DNA of 64,000 nucleotides from Camelus ferus (taxonomy: Eukaryota), in the NCBI RefSeq assembly GCF_009834535.1, contig NC_045696.1, forward strand, positions 46,626,001-46,690,000, read 5' to 3'. Position numbers and translations under genes: made by a program. Under the pieces are notes generated by a model. The model did not search any database and was not told the DNA's origin. It saw only the letters and a program-made list of their open reading frames with translations. Positions 37,874 through 50,059 of the stretch are shown here, one piece after another; within the stretch, counting starts at the first letter, position 1, and each line of letters starts with the position of its first letter.

Positions 37874-38030
37874 TTCTTTGTTTTTACTTATTTTCATTGT
37901 TTCTTTGTCTAAAAGGGATAAAACCTTCCCACTCTGGCCACTTACTATTATTATTATTATTATTATTCCCAAACTGGCAAATGTCATCTTCATAGATGAC
38001 AATGATAGTCAATTCAAAATTCAATAAGAT
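37874..38030 (+). repeat. Composite local duplication: copy of 37136-37205 + (TAT)n + copy of ~40304-40368
   Basis: 37874-37943 matches 37136-37205 at 69/70 bases. 37970-37995 is identical to 40304-40329, and similarity continues to ~38030/40368. Confidence 0.9.
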
Positions 38031-38473
38031 ACATCTCTTATTCTCCATCCAGGTATTGTTTAACTGCTGTGGCCTATTTTGTAACCAGTCCCCAGTAAAT
38101 TTGCCAGGAAGCCCCTAACCACACAGAAACATTAAACTATTCACTTCCTGACACACATCTGAAACCAACTCAAGTAGTTGTTTTAAAAAAATGTTTATAG
38201 TATATTCTTCTCCTTTAATTGCCAATTTCATCTTGAAAAGCATTTGCCTATTTAGGTCAGAGTCAGAGATCCTCAAATATTTCTGAATTAGATTTTGGAG
38301 GAAGTTTATCAATTTTTAAATCATCTTAACGTCATCATGTATTAGTTTGCCCACCTCACTGGGCTGTGCAGAGGGGCAGCAAATACAGGCCATGTAAGTA
38401 GCACTCCTGGAAACAGGCTGCTATGTAATGAAATACTCTCAATCTTCTAAAAACTAAAAGTGAAGGTTACCTT

Positions 38474-39062
38474 TTGCGGTAGATTGTATTTTCCAAAACT
38501 GTCTGTTATGATATTTCCAGTCCCACCTCCAGAACCTTGCTGCATTCTCATCGAGAGCCTAATCTTTGTTCCTCCCCTTGAACCTGGGGTGGTGGTGGGG
38601 TGTCTTTGTGATGTCTTGACTAGCAGAGTCTGGTGGAATGACACTGTGCGACTTCTGAGGCTGGGGAATCAACAGTAGAACAGATTCTGCCTGACTCTCT
38701 CTCACTTGGCACATGAGACTTTGGACCCTGAGATGTCCGGCTACCCTTAAGCAGTTCTGCTGGAGAGACCACGTGGAGACACACAGAGATAAAGAAACAG
38801 GACTAGGAGCCTCTAGAGGTTCCAAACTCTGGCTGTCTGAGTTTTCCCAGCCTACATACCAGACGTGTTAGCAGCGAGCATTCAGAGTATTCCCGCACCA
38901 GCCATCACCTGGCTGTGACTGCAGGACACACTGTGATTGAAAGCCACCTAACTGAGCCCAGTGACCCTCCCAAACCAGGAGAGTCAATAGGAAAATGAGT
39001 GTTGTTATCTTACACTGCCAGGCCTTACGGTGGTTTGCCATGGGGCAATAGGTAACTAAAAC
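38474..39062 (+). mobile_element. MaLR MLT1-type solo LTR
   Basis: tgcggtagattg..tcctccccttgaacctggg..tgcgacttctgaggct..ctgagcccag..ggtggtttgcca..gcaataggtaactaaaac. Confidence 0.75.
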
Positions 39063-42000
39063 TTTAATTGCTCTTTAATTGTTAAACGAGCAAAAGCAAT
39101 ATATAAACAGATGCCATAAACTACCTGCCGAAGAAAGACTAGATCCTCCCTCTCACTGTGGGGCAGAAGTGACCTGGGAACACCAAATTCAATAAAGGCA
39201 ACATCTCCAGGTGAAGGAGAAGGCGTGGCTGTAACCAAGAGAGCGGCTCCTGTCAAGGCTGACGCTCCAGATCCAAGGAAAGACTGAAGAGGGGAAACAC
39301 GGAGTCTACAGAAAAGAGAGATGCCAACAAGATTGTATCAGTGTTTACCCCACATGTGTCAATAAACAAGGACACTGCTCTGGTGAATTATGAGAACAGG
39401 GACGACTGACTGGGGTTTTCCTGTGACCCGGACCACATGTTCCTTAGGACTCACTCCTCTCCCTTGCACGGACCTCCTGCCCACCCAAGGAGCTGATTTG
39501 TAACGGGCTTCCTGCAGATCTGCCCAGGGGGAGAAACGGTGAGGACGGGACCAGAGCCCAGGACTGGCGTTTTAGTTCTCCCAGTGAGTGCTGTCGCCTT
39601 GATACTTCAGTGGTTTATGAGGTTAACTAATGTAACTCTGTCTCCTGTAACCTTGTCAACTCACAATGAACTGATAAGGACTGAGTTCCTAGACTGGCAC
39701 TTCTGACAAATGGAAAAAATGACCCTGACAATTCCTCAATGGCCTTGTCACTCCTGCCTCCCTCAGAGTTGGCTGTGCACATAACACTCTAAGTGTCCTA
39801 TTCATACCCCATCAACCACATTGCTATTGGTAGTGGTCATTGTGTGCAGGTGTTTTGGTGGCATATATCCTCATCTCATTTGGGTAAATACCTAAGATTG
39901 TGATTACTGGGGGCTGTGACCAAAGACTTTTAAAGACAGTACGTCATTCAGTTCTCACCAGCAGTTGTATGTGGAAAGTATTATGGCCAGTTTCTCCTTA
40001 GAGATGAAAGCTAAGAATTAAGAGGTTGTGTAATTGCCTCACATTCTGTGGCCAGTGGGGAGAAATCTAAGCTTGTTTGACTGCAGGGACTGGGGCCTCA
40101 ACTGTCACTTCTTCCATAGCTACTGCCAACTTCGCCCCAGCTAATGTCTAGTCAGTTTGGAAATTAAAGTAAAAAGTGTGACCTCATCACCCCTGTGATC
40201 AAGTGTGATAAAGACTTGATTTCAGATGGAGAAATGAAAGGATTAGAGTGTATAACACGAAGAACCTTTATAGAGTTGATTTGGGGAAAACAGGAGTAGA
40301 TCACAAACTGGCAAATGTCATCTTCATAGCTGACTGACGAGAGTCAATTCAAAATTCAATTCAAAGATGAGTCATGACTTTTACCTTTTTATCCGGTTCA
40401 AATAGTATGGTGTGGGGACAGCCTCCAGCATTGAAACAGAGCTCTGATCAATGTTTTCTCATAAGCTTCCTCTGCTGTTAACAGCTACTAAATGCCATGT
40501 TAGCACAAAAGCAAGTGTAAACAGCATATCCTCTCCAACACATACTTACATTTGTGAATTTCCTTTTGCACAATAATAATAGTAGTAACTTTACTGTATG
40601 AATAATTAACACCTTTAACAATTGCTTTTTACATTCAGATATTTATTGCTTGCATTTCAAAATGATATTCATAATATGAACAAAAGAGAATCTGTAGTGA
40701 AGATTCACTTCTAAAAATGTATTGTGGAGATTTTGGAGCTCAGCTGTAGAACTGGAAATAATAGAAAACTGACAGTGAAACATAAAAGTAGATCATGAAT
40801 AGTTAATTCCTAATTTTTCTATGAGGGAGGGATTGAAATAACAAGTAGTCATGACAGTGACAACTTAAGGCAAATCTGTCATTCCCCAGTCCCCAGCACA
40901 AGGGCTCGCATTTATCATGAGCTAAATAAACATCTGTCAAGTTGAATTTAATCTTTCCAAGATGAATGTTTATAGGAATGGTGGGGTAATAGTGACAAGT
41001 ACTCTGTATAAAGTCTATGGGTTTAGCATTAATAAAGGCAATATATTCTTGTCTTGCTAACAAAAACAAAAATGGAATGCAATGTATTATTAATATGGTA
41101 ATCAGCTTCCCCAAAGAAGCCCAAACTGAATGGGATTGTTCTGACTGACACTGACTTGTCTAAGACATTTGAGCACCAGTGTGTTCTTTTCTTCCTTAGG
41201 TATGAAAGAAAACTCTTTTAAAGCCATTCTGAAGATTACACACAGGAGACTCAGGCAGAACGAAAGTAAGTGCAAAGAATCCAGCATCTGGAATCTTCTA
41301 CCTTGGGAGGCAGAGCTCACCTCCCATTCTAGAAGCTGAAGTTGATAGAAACTTTCCACCCACCACCTCCCTTGTGGCCGGGGCTCAGGATGTGGACTCT
41401 TCTAATCAGATGCACTGGCTCTTGTCTGAATGGGAACCCGATGGCTTGGAGAAGGAAGAACTCTGCAGAATCCACTCTGGCAAGTCTGCAGGCAGAGGCG
41501 ACAGGACCTCCAGCTTCCAGAAGCTGCAGTGGTCAGAGTTTCAATGGCAGCGTCTGACTTGTGTGTCTGCATTATTAGCAGTTTATGCCCCAGAGTTTAT
41601 GCCTCTTGTTGGTAGCAGCAGAGTCCTCACAGGACTCATTCTGTGGTGTGATGTTGGGTGGTGTTCAAGATGCTTACTCTTTTAATCTGGACCTAAAAAA
41701 CTTAACTGATACGTCACCATTTAAAAAAACAAGCCGCAAGAAGCAGAGACACAAAGAATTCTTGAGGAATAAAGTTAAGTTGGAGCATACTGTTTACTCC
41801 AGAAGAAATAGGCTAACTATAATGATTTGGGACTCAAGGTCAGTGAAGCAAAAACAGAGTTTGTCAACAGGGCAAGAGGGTCATTCCCCCAGTAATAGTA
41901 AAATAAGGGTTATGCTATAATACCTGCATAACACCTCCTAGGTGTCCATAGATGTAAGTATTTTGCACAGCTGGCCTTGATTGTGGCCTTACATTGGGTC

Positions 42001-42109
42001 AACTGCAATGGACCTGTGGACTACATAATAGTCAATTTCAAAATTTTTACTGTTCTGAGTAATATGAATTGTTTCATCTTCTTAAAGAAATTACATTAAA
42101 ATAAGCATT

Positions 42110-43090
42110 GCAGGGAAATGTAATTGTTTCTGTCCCAGCATTCATTCTCTCTGCCCCCTTTCTAATAGGATCCAGAGTTTCCCAGCTTAGCAGATTGGTT
42201 GGAACTGATCTCATAGGAGCTCTAGGGATGAGCTGTGGTCATGGTGGTTAGAATAGGATGATGACTCAAACTGTGTCAAAGGGACAGAGAGATGTTTAAT
42301 GAGGAGCATCTGGAGAAGAAGTTTTCTCTCCCTCACGAATGCTACCGAAAGATGCTCCCTTCCTCCACTGTCTGTGAATGGGTAAGCAGTTTGCTCCAGC
42401 CGATGCTTGTGGCCTGGTGCTATCATGAAGAGTGACACCTTTAGGGCAGTGCTGCCACCGGGGAAGGCAGAGCAGAGAGACGGAAATGAAGCATCATTAA
42501 ACTACTGGACCATGCTCTCCCCAAGTGTCCTCTCAGGTCCTCTGGTAAGCAGCATGTGGACAGAGTTCCCAGTGACCAAGACTTATCTGGGGTAATGCCA
42601 GTGAAAGACGAGGGTGCAGGCAGCATATTAGACAGTGATACCTGTGAAAGCAAAGGGGGAGGACTCAGGATGGGGCAGGGGGAGCCTAGACCATGATGCC
42701 GATTGTATTAAGTATTGGCCAACCCAACACGGAGCCTCAGAGCAAAGACCACTTTGTTGGCGGAGTCTCACACCAGGCAGAAATGCCCAGGCCCTGGTCT
42801 GCTCACCGTGCTTATTGACCAGGGCTTGCCCAGAAAGAGTGTGGTCCCAGCTCAAGACTGTGGGGAGCCCCACATGCCCTGCAGCTGGTGGCTATCGGTT
42901 ACCTGCACTCCTCACAGTCGACTCTTCTTTTTGGAAGGAAGGGCCAGGTGGTGGGTTTCCTCTATCACTGGACTGCTTAAGTGACTTGAATCCCTTTCTT
43001 CTTGTTGTTGTTGCTGTTAATTACTCTTCTTATTGAAACAATTTGACTTCACTTTTCTGTTACTTGTGGCCAAAGGAGTTCCAACCAGTG
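42110..43090. mobile_element. Old ERVL/MaLR LTR fragments including an LTR16-like piece (~42590-42970)
   Basis: ggggtaatgccagtgaaag..gggcaggggga..ccaacccaac..agagcaaagacc..aggcagaaatgcccaggccctgg resembles LTR16 from recall. Confidence 0.45.
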
Positions 43091-43392
43091 TGTAATTTTT
43101 AGATTTTAAAAGATTGTGCTTTATTTATAGTATCTCTTCTCTTCAAAAACAAACAAATAACTAAATAAACTCAGTATATATCACAGAATTGGTATGTGGT
43201 CAGTACATAATAAATAATGAATACTATGATTAGTATCCATTACAGTTATATTGCTCTTTAGTGTTTAATAATGGTAATTGAGGTTTTAGTGCCCAAAGCT
43301 GCTTTTTTTGGCATAGAAAATCATATTTTTAGTTCTTTATGCTTGTGCTTATATTCAGTTTATAAAAGGTATAAATTTTATAACCTAATTTT

Positions 43393-43535
43393 AATTTTTT
43401 TAATATTCTTTTTTTTGAGGGGGAGGTAATTAGATTTATTTATTTATTTATTTTTTAGAGGAGGTGCTGGGGATTGAACCCAGGACCCCCTGCATGCTAA
43501 GCATGCACTCTGTCACTTGAGCTATACCCTCCCAC
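43393..43535 (-). mobile_element. Vic-1-type camelid tRNA-derived SINE with degenerate TSD
   Basis: Minus strand reads gggagggtatagctcaagtgacagagtgcatgcttagcatgc..ggtcctgggttcaatccccag (A/B boxes) then (taaa)n..ctaattacctcccc and an A tail. TSD tttataacctaatttt (43377-43392) / tttataacgtagtttt (43536-43551). Confidence 0.85.
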
Positions 43536-44047
43536 TTTATAACGTAGTTTTTATAAGCCTTTATTTTTCACTCACAAATCTTGCTGCTATATTCACAAAT
43601 GATATTGTTACAACTTTAAACACTTAACATTGTTATTTAATTAATGCTGAATTAGCTTATAAATTTGATGGATTAAATCTCTTAAATGTTAAGACTATTT
43701 AGAAACTTTATTAACTAGATTTTCTTAGACATTTCACACTATAATTGCCAATTTGATAAACTGATTCTTTCAAATATTTTGAACACCTGTTAAACTTAGC
43801 AAACTTACTAACATGCAAGATATTTACAATCTTTATAAAACTCTTGTAATAATCAGATTTTTAATAAATCAGATTTATAAATTCAATAAAGCGAATTCTC
43901 TTATCCATTTCAAACATCTTAAAACAGACAAAGCATGTACAAAGCAGCACAGTGACTATGAAACAGCTTACACAAGAAGATAAACGCGATTTGAATTTAT
44001 AGTTTCCCAACTAAAGGGAGCAGGTTAACATCAAGAGCCCGCTGTGT

Positions 44048-44253
44048 CTGCCATATATAAAACTGATAAACAACAAAGACCTACTGTACAGCACAGGAAA
44101 CTGTATTCAGTTTCTTGTAATAACATATAATGGAAAAGAATCTGAAAGGAAAATATATTTGTGTATGTATATGTATGTATAACTGAATCACTTTGCTGTA
44201 TATCTGAAACTAACATTGTAACTCAACTAAAATTCAATAGAAATTTTTTAAAA
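44048..44253 (+). mobile_element. 5'-truncated cetartiodactyl L1 3' end with 15-bp TSD
   Basis: ataaacaacaaagacctactgtacagcacagg..aatggaaaagaatctgaa..aactgaatcactttgctgta..; TSD aagagcccgctgtgt (44033-44047) / aagagcctgctatgt (44254-44268). Confidence 0.85.
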
Positions 44254-44268
44254 AAGAGCCTGCTATGT

Positions 44269-44527
44269 GACAAAGACCAATACTGTATGATCTCATGTAT
44301 ATGTGGAATCTTAAAAAAAAAAAAAAAGCCAAACTCATGAAAATAGAGGGTGGTTGCCAGAGGCTGGGAAGAGGGAGGCGGGGAGAAATGGGGAGAAATG
44401 CTGGTCAATGGGTAGAAGGCTTCAGTCATAATATGAATAAGTTCTGGGATTTATTGTGCAGATGACTCTGGTTAATAGTGCCGAGTTGTGAAGTATGCTA
44501 AGAGAATAGATCTTAAGCATTCGCGTA

Positions 44528-44576
<49 letters not shown>

Positions 44577-44712
44577 GTAACTTATGAGGTTATGGATATG
44601 TTCGTTAATCTGATTGTGGTAATCATTCCAGAGTATATGCATATCAAATCACCACCATGCACACTTTAAATATAAATAATTTTATTTGTCAATTACAAAG
44701 CTGGCGGTAAAA
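44269..44712 (+). mobile_element. Older L1 (L1MA/MB-type) 3' end containing a (CA)n tract
   Basis: aaagaccaatactgtatgatctcatgtatatgtggaatct..gtggttgccagaggctggg..aataagttctggg..attgtggtaatcatt..atcaaatcacc..ttttatttgtcaatta. Confidence 0.85.
44532..44571. repeat. (CA)n microsatellite, ~20 units
   Basis: Uninterrupted acac run. Confidence 0.95.
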
Positions 44713-45308
44713 AAGAGACAGCGAGTCTGTTGTGCTTGCTGGTTGAAAACATGGGACCAGGAGAAGGGTACTGGTCCAGGTCAGGATAAGGAACGTGACC
44801 TGGAAACAACACCCAGGTACCACTTCCAGGATGTGCTCCCTGAGCCACATCCTCTGAGCCCATTCTTACAACCTGATTTTAAGCAGCTGTGTCCCTGGCC
44901 AACTCCAAGCTTGCAGTTTTTGGCTGGGATAAAATTTAGTTTCACTGTCCCATGGGTCATGTGTGTCTTCTGTGTGCCTTTCAAGTTTCAGCCTTACCCA
45001 AATTTTCATTATTTGATTTCCAGAGACAGAATTCTGAATCCCCTATCTAAACTGCAACTTATCTCTTTGTTATCTGATTAGACAAAACACATTCAGCACT
45101 TTTCTTTGTATTTTACTTTTTTTGGTCTCAGCTATCGCTCTCCCCAAGTAATTTACTGAGAAAGAAAACATCTCTGCTCTCAGGAGTTATCTTTCTATTA
45201 GAGACAGCTTAGACATCTACATAACATCTACATAAATCACCTACAAAGAGGGCAGAAATAAATACGGCTCTAAAAGCATCATGATTAAGCAAATTTCTAT
45301 GCGATCCC

Positions 45309-45927
45309 TGTTGCTGACAGAACTTTAAAATGGGCCCCAGGAACATTGCCCCCAGTGTTCCTCCTGTTATTGTTACCTTACATGACAAAAAAGGATTTTC
45401 CAGACGTAACCAAGGTTAAGTCAGTTAAGTTAAAATTAAGTCAGTTGACCATAAAGGGAGTGAGGTTACCCAGAGGGCCCACCCTCATCACAGGAGCCCT
45501 TTAAAAGCAGGGAGTTTTCTCTGGCTGGTGGCAGAAGGGGAAGGCAGGGAGACTAGAAGCCTGAGAAGGAATGAATGTGAAGTAAGCTGTTGTCAGGATG
45601 GAGGGAGGCTCAGAGGGAGGACCTGAGAGTGACCTCCAGTTGCTGAACACTGGTCCCTAGTGACAGCTACCAAGGAAGTGGAGATTTCAGCCCTATAGCC
45701 ACGAGGAGCTGAATTCTGCCAACAATCTGAATGTTTGAAGAGAGGCTCCAGTTAAGAGCCAAGTTGGACTGACACCTCGATCTCAGCCTTGTGAGACCCT
45801 CAGCAGACAACTCAGTTGAGCCAGCTCAGACTTGTGACCTCCAGTACTGGGAGCTAGTAAGTGGAAGTGGATGATGCTTTAAGTCACTTCTTGGTAATTT
45901 GTTACAATGCCATAGAAGACTAGTACA
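45309..45927 (+). mobile_element. MaLR MLT1-type solo LTR
   Basis: acagaactttaaaatgggcccc..gccctttaaaagc..gagctgaattctgccaacaatctga..tctcagccttgtgagaccc..ggtaatttgttaca..gactagtaca. Confidence 0.85.
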
Positions 45928-47899
45928 ATGAAGTGGATAAAGTTTCTACTCAAACCGAGAGACTCAATTTATTAAACTTTAAATATATATGTATGTATGG
46001 AGGCATCTTTAATGTGGGGAGTTCTTAGGACATAAAATGTGGTATTTTTGGAGGCTTTTCTGGTGGAACTAGGCAGTGAGGCTGGAAGACTACATCTTGG
46101 TTGACTTAGGAAGGCTTTAGAAATGTGGGTAAAATATTTTCTTTGGAGAAATTTCTAAGACCTACAGATTTTCCTCTATTGGCCTTGCCAGAAATGTCTA
46201 TGCCATTTTCTTTTTGGCATAAGGCATTAAAATGAAATGTCTTCTAGGTTGGATAACACACTTTGCCATTTATCAGTGAGAAACATTTTAGCTTATATTG
46301 TTTATTCAGTTGGCAAGACCTGCAGGGCTCTGGAGAATGGAGTTCAGGGCAGATAACTGCCAGCGGTGAAGGACAAGGAGAGAGAGGGTCTGGGAGGCAG
46401 GGACAGGTGGGTCCCCAGAGAGCACCCCTGGAACTTTGCAGAGGGAGGGTCATGGCAGGGGAGCAAGGACGTGCAGGAGACATGATGAAGGGGTTGAGCA
46501 CGTGTGACCGTGATGGTGTTTTGTCTAGAACTTCTCTGCCCCGGAAGAAACAAGACAGCAAACCCTGTCTGCCCTTTACGTCCTCCGCCTACAAAGAAAT
46601 GGAAGGAAAGTTCTAAAACAACCACTTCTCAGTCTTGTGTGCTTTCTCCCCCCTACCCTTTCTGGGAGCTAGTAATGACCTGGTCCTACAATGTCTTTCA
46701 CTCATAGAGCACTTCCATTTTTTTCAAAGCACAGCCTGTACACAGATCTTTCATTTCCTGGCTGGACATGAGGATGAAGTTTATAGTCTTTTTATTGTTA
46801 CTATTTTGACATTTTTATATACTTTTCCGCACATAGCATAGAACATGTCACCTCCCATAATTGCTTTTATATACTACTTGACTTAAAGATTGTTTCAGAC
46901 CTTCTTGCTCCTAAATCATTTTTATGTTTAGGCAGTTAGAACGAAGGGTAGGTGGTTTTTAAAAAAGGACCAGTATGTTCAAGCTGAAATGATTAATTTT
47001 TTCTCCTTTCTTGTGTTTGTCCACCTAAAATGATACCAAGAGTTTTTAAAGAAATGAGATAAAAGATATTTTGAGTTTTTATCTTTTTTGAAGCCCAGTT
47101 GTTATTTTATGTATAAATATATTCATATTTAAATATGGATTAAGACTTTTAGAGTAGCTTAGCAGACAAAATTTTGAGGCACTTTCCTGGTATCTTTTTA
47201 CATTTGCTAACTTTGTTTTCACTAGGATTTAGACTGGGCAGTATATCTAATGACCTCATCACTGGTATTTTTATAAGTGATAATAACAATTAACATCTGT
47301 GAAATGTCCTTAGTGCACCAAGAGTTTTATAGAATTGATAACATGTTAAATTTCTCCTCACAGTCTTATTCAAGGACATATTATTCTATATCCTATCATT
47401 TTTAATGGTGAGAAAAATAACTCAATTTTGCAAAATTTTAATTTAATTTCCAACTTTTTACCTTTGTCGTCCACTAAGGTTTTATTTCAGAATTTTTAAA
47501 ACTAAAGATCCCATCAAGTTTTATTTTAACATACTTTTTGTTAGAAAAGGCCTAATTGAGAGTAATGATTATAAACTTACGCTTTTTGTAACGAATTAGG
47601 TCCCTCACCAAGCGCCAGGTATTGCAAGTGTTGGTACCTCGGTGGGGAGACATAGCTTCTCAGGTCCACAGCTCCTGGGCTCAAGGGCTCAACCTGTGTA
47701 AATGTAAAATGTATGTAAACACAATAACGATTGTGTATTTGTTATATTGTCAATGATTGTGTATACACTTTCTTTTTTTTTTTTTTTTTTTACAAAGCCT
47801 GTATTGAAAGATGATACAGAGAGTTTCATGAATGGAACAAGCCAAGTTCTCACAGAACATAGGAGAAAGAGGATTTGGGTGAGGTGAAAAGGTCAGAGT

Positions 47900-48090
47900 C
47901 ATTGCCATAAGACAGATCCTGGGACTTACCCTGACTCTGTTCCTCATTAAAGAGACCTTGGACATATAATTACTTAACATTTCTAAACTTCAGTATCCTT
48001 AGCTATAATAATAATAATGATAATAATAATAATTATTACTCACGGGGAAGTTAAGAATTAAAGCTCCTGATATATACAGATTGATCAACA
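47900..48090 (+). mobile_element. MIR SINE with internal (TAA)n
   Basis: agacagatcctggg..gaccttggaca..ttacttaac..cttcagtatcc..(ataata)n..gaattaaa. Confidence 0.6.
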
Positions 48091-48184
48091 AATATTTTAT
48101 TTTTCTTAATTTGTCGTCCGTAGTGTCTCCAAAATAAAAATGAGTACTAAACCTACTTACAAAAAGATTCATAAGCCAAAACAT

Positions 48185-48555
48185 GTGTATTGCTCTGCTA
48201 GGGCTGCCATCACACAACACCAGAGACTGGGCGGCTTAAACAACAGAAACGTATTTCCCACAGTTGTGAAGCTGGGAGCCTGAGATCAGGGTGCCAGTGC
48301 GGTTAATTTCTGGTGAAGGCTGTCTTACTGGCTTATAAAAGGCTGCCTTCACGCTGTGTCTTCACATGGGGCAGAGAGAGAAGCAAGTCATCTGATGTCT
48401 CTTCTTATAAGAGCACTGATCCCATTGGGCCAAGGCTCCACCCTCGTGACCTCATCTAGCCCTGATTACCCTCCAAAAGCCCCGCCTTCAAACACTATCA
48501 CATTGAAGGTTAGGGCTTAAGCATTTAAATTTGGGTGAGGGACACAAACATTCAA
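48185..48555 (-). mobile_element. MaLR MLT1-type solo LTR
   Basis: gctagggctgccatcacacaacaccagagactgggcggcttaaacaacagaaac..ccaccctcgtgacctcatcta..gggacacaaacattca. Confidence 0.85.
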
Positions 48556-49280
48556 AACCTAATGTAAAAAACACAAAACTTAACAACAGGTTTTGATCCA
48601 CATATCAAGTAAGGTGACAACATGCCTAGAGAGAAAAGAACATATGAGAAAGCAATCCCAAAGGATACTTTGGGGACTTACCGATTAACCATGATACACT
48701 GATAATTTCTAAGCCAAGAATTAAAACACAACTGTGAACTATCTGAACTATGATATATATTTCAATTAGGAATGACTTGGGCTGCAAACAACAGATAACT
48801 CATCTGATGATATTTTAATCAGTGAAGACAGTTGATTATTTTCCCTATCAGCCACATTGAGGTAGGCAGTTCCAGGTTTGATCTGATGACTTGGTGACAC
48901 CACCAGACACTCAAATTCTTTCCATCCTTTCACTTTACCATCCTCAGCATAATCGCTTTCATCCCCAAGTTGTCCTCTCGAGGTCACATGATTGCTGCCA
49001 CATTCTGGGCATAATTTTCCAACACCAGCATTTTAAGCAAGATGGAATTGGCAGAAGCAAACACTTTTTACATCTTTGATACTACTGAGTATAAATGCTT
49101 TTCCAGAAACCCCCTTTGGCTCATTATCTAGACCTGGGAACGTTCTTAGTAACCCCTAGCTGAAAGAGAATCTGGGAAAGCAAATAATCTCACTCTTTTA
49201 GCCTATATCATAGATGGTGAGTGACAGAAAATGGAGGCTGAGAATAATTGTTGCCTTAATCAAATAATAATGTTACCCAC

Positions 49281-50059
49281 TATAAGGTTCTGGTCACCAA
49301 AAGTGCAGAGGTTCTTTCCCACATGAAGCAATTCTCACATCAGGCACCACCTGGGTGTCCTACAATTCAACTTAATTCTGACACTATCTACCTGGAGATA
49401 GCATCAGATGCCACAGGTTAAGGGCTCAGTCCCACAAGACTGTCCCCACCCCACTTCGGAGCCAACTGCAAGCAGTAGCTCCCCAGTCAGACTTCTGTTC
49501 GACTTTGGCTACAGAGGAGGTTCCAACCAACCTCTCCTTGGGTTCGGTTCATTTGCTAGGGCAGCTCACAGAACTCAGGGAAGCACTTACTTGCATTTAC
49601 CAATTTATTAAAGAATGTGATAAAAGACACAGATGAACAGCCAGATGAGAAGACACACAGGACGAGGTGTGTGGGAAGCAGCACAGAGCCCCACGCCTTC
49701 TCTGGGGCACCACTCTCCCAGCGGCTCCATCTGCTCACTGACCTGGGGCTCTCTGAAGCTCCTTACTTTTGGAATTTTACAGCGGCTTCATCATGTTGGC
49801 ACAATCAACCATAAAGTCCATTCTCAGCCCTTCTCCCTTCTCAAGAGAGTGAGGGGCGGAGCTGAAGATTCCAAGCTTCTTATCCTGGCTTGGTCTTTCC
49901 AGTGATCAGCTTACATCCAGGAGCCATTCAGGAGCCCACCCAGAGTGTCCTCGTTAGAGTAAAAGCCGCTCCTGTCACCCAGGTAATTCCAGGGGTTTCA
50001 GGAGCTCTGTGCAGGAACTGGGGGCAGAGGCCAACAAATATATTTTCTTTTATCTCACA
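49281..50059 (-). mobile_element. MER21-like ERV solo LTR
   Basis: gggtgtcctacaattcaacttaattctgacactatctacctggagatagcatcagatgccacaggttaagggctcagtcccacaagactg..gatgaacagccagatga.. Confidence 0.85.

Noticed and set aside
43460..43535. tRNA gene
   Set aside because: The A/B boxes belong to a SINE head followed by a simple-repeat tail and TSD.
20415..50059. Segmental duplication between 20.4-21.3 kb and 49.3-50.1 kb
   Set aside because: The similarity is confined to two diverged MER21-like LTR copies; the flanks are unrelated.
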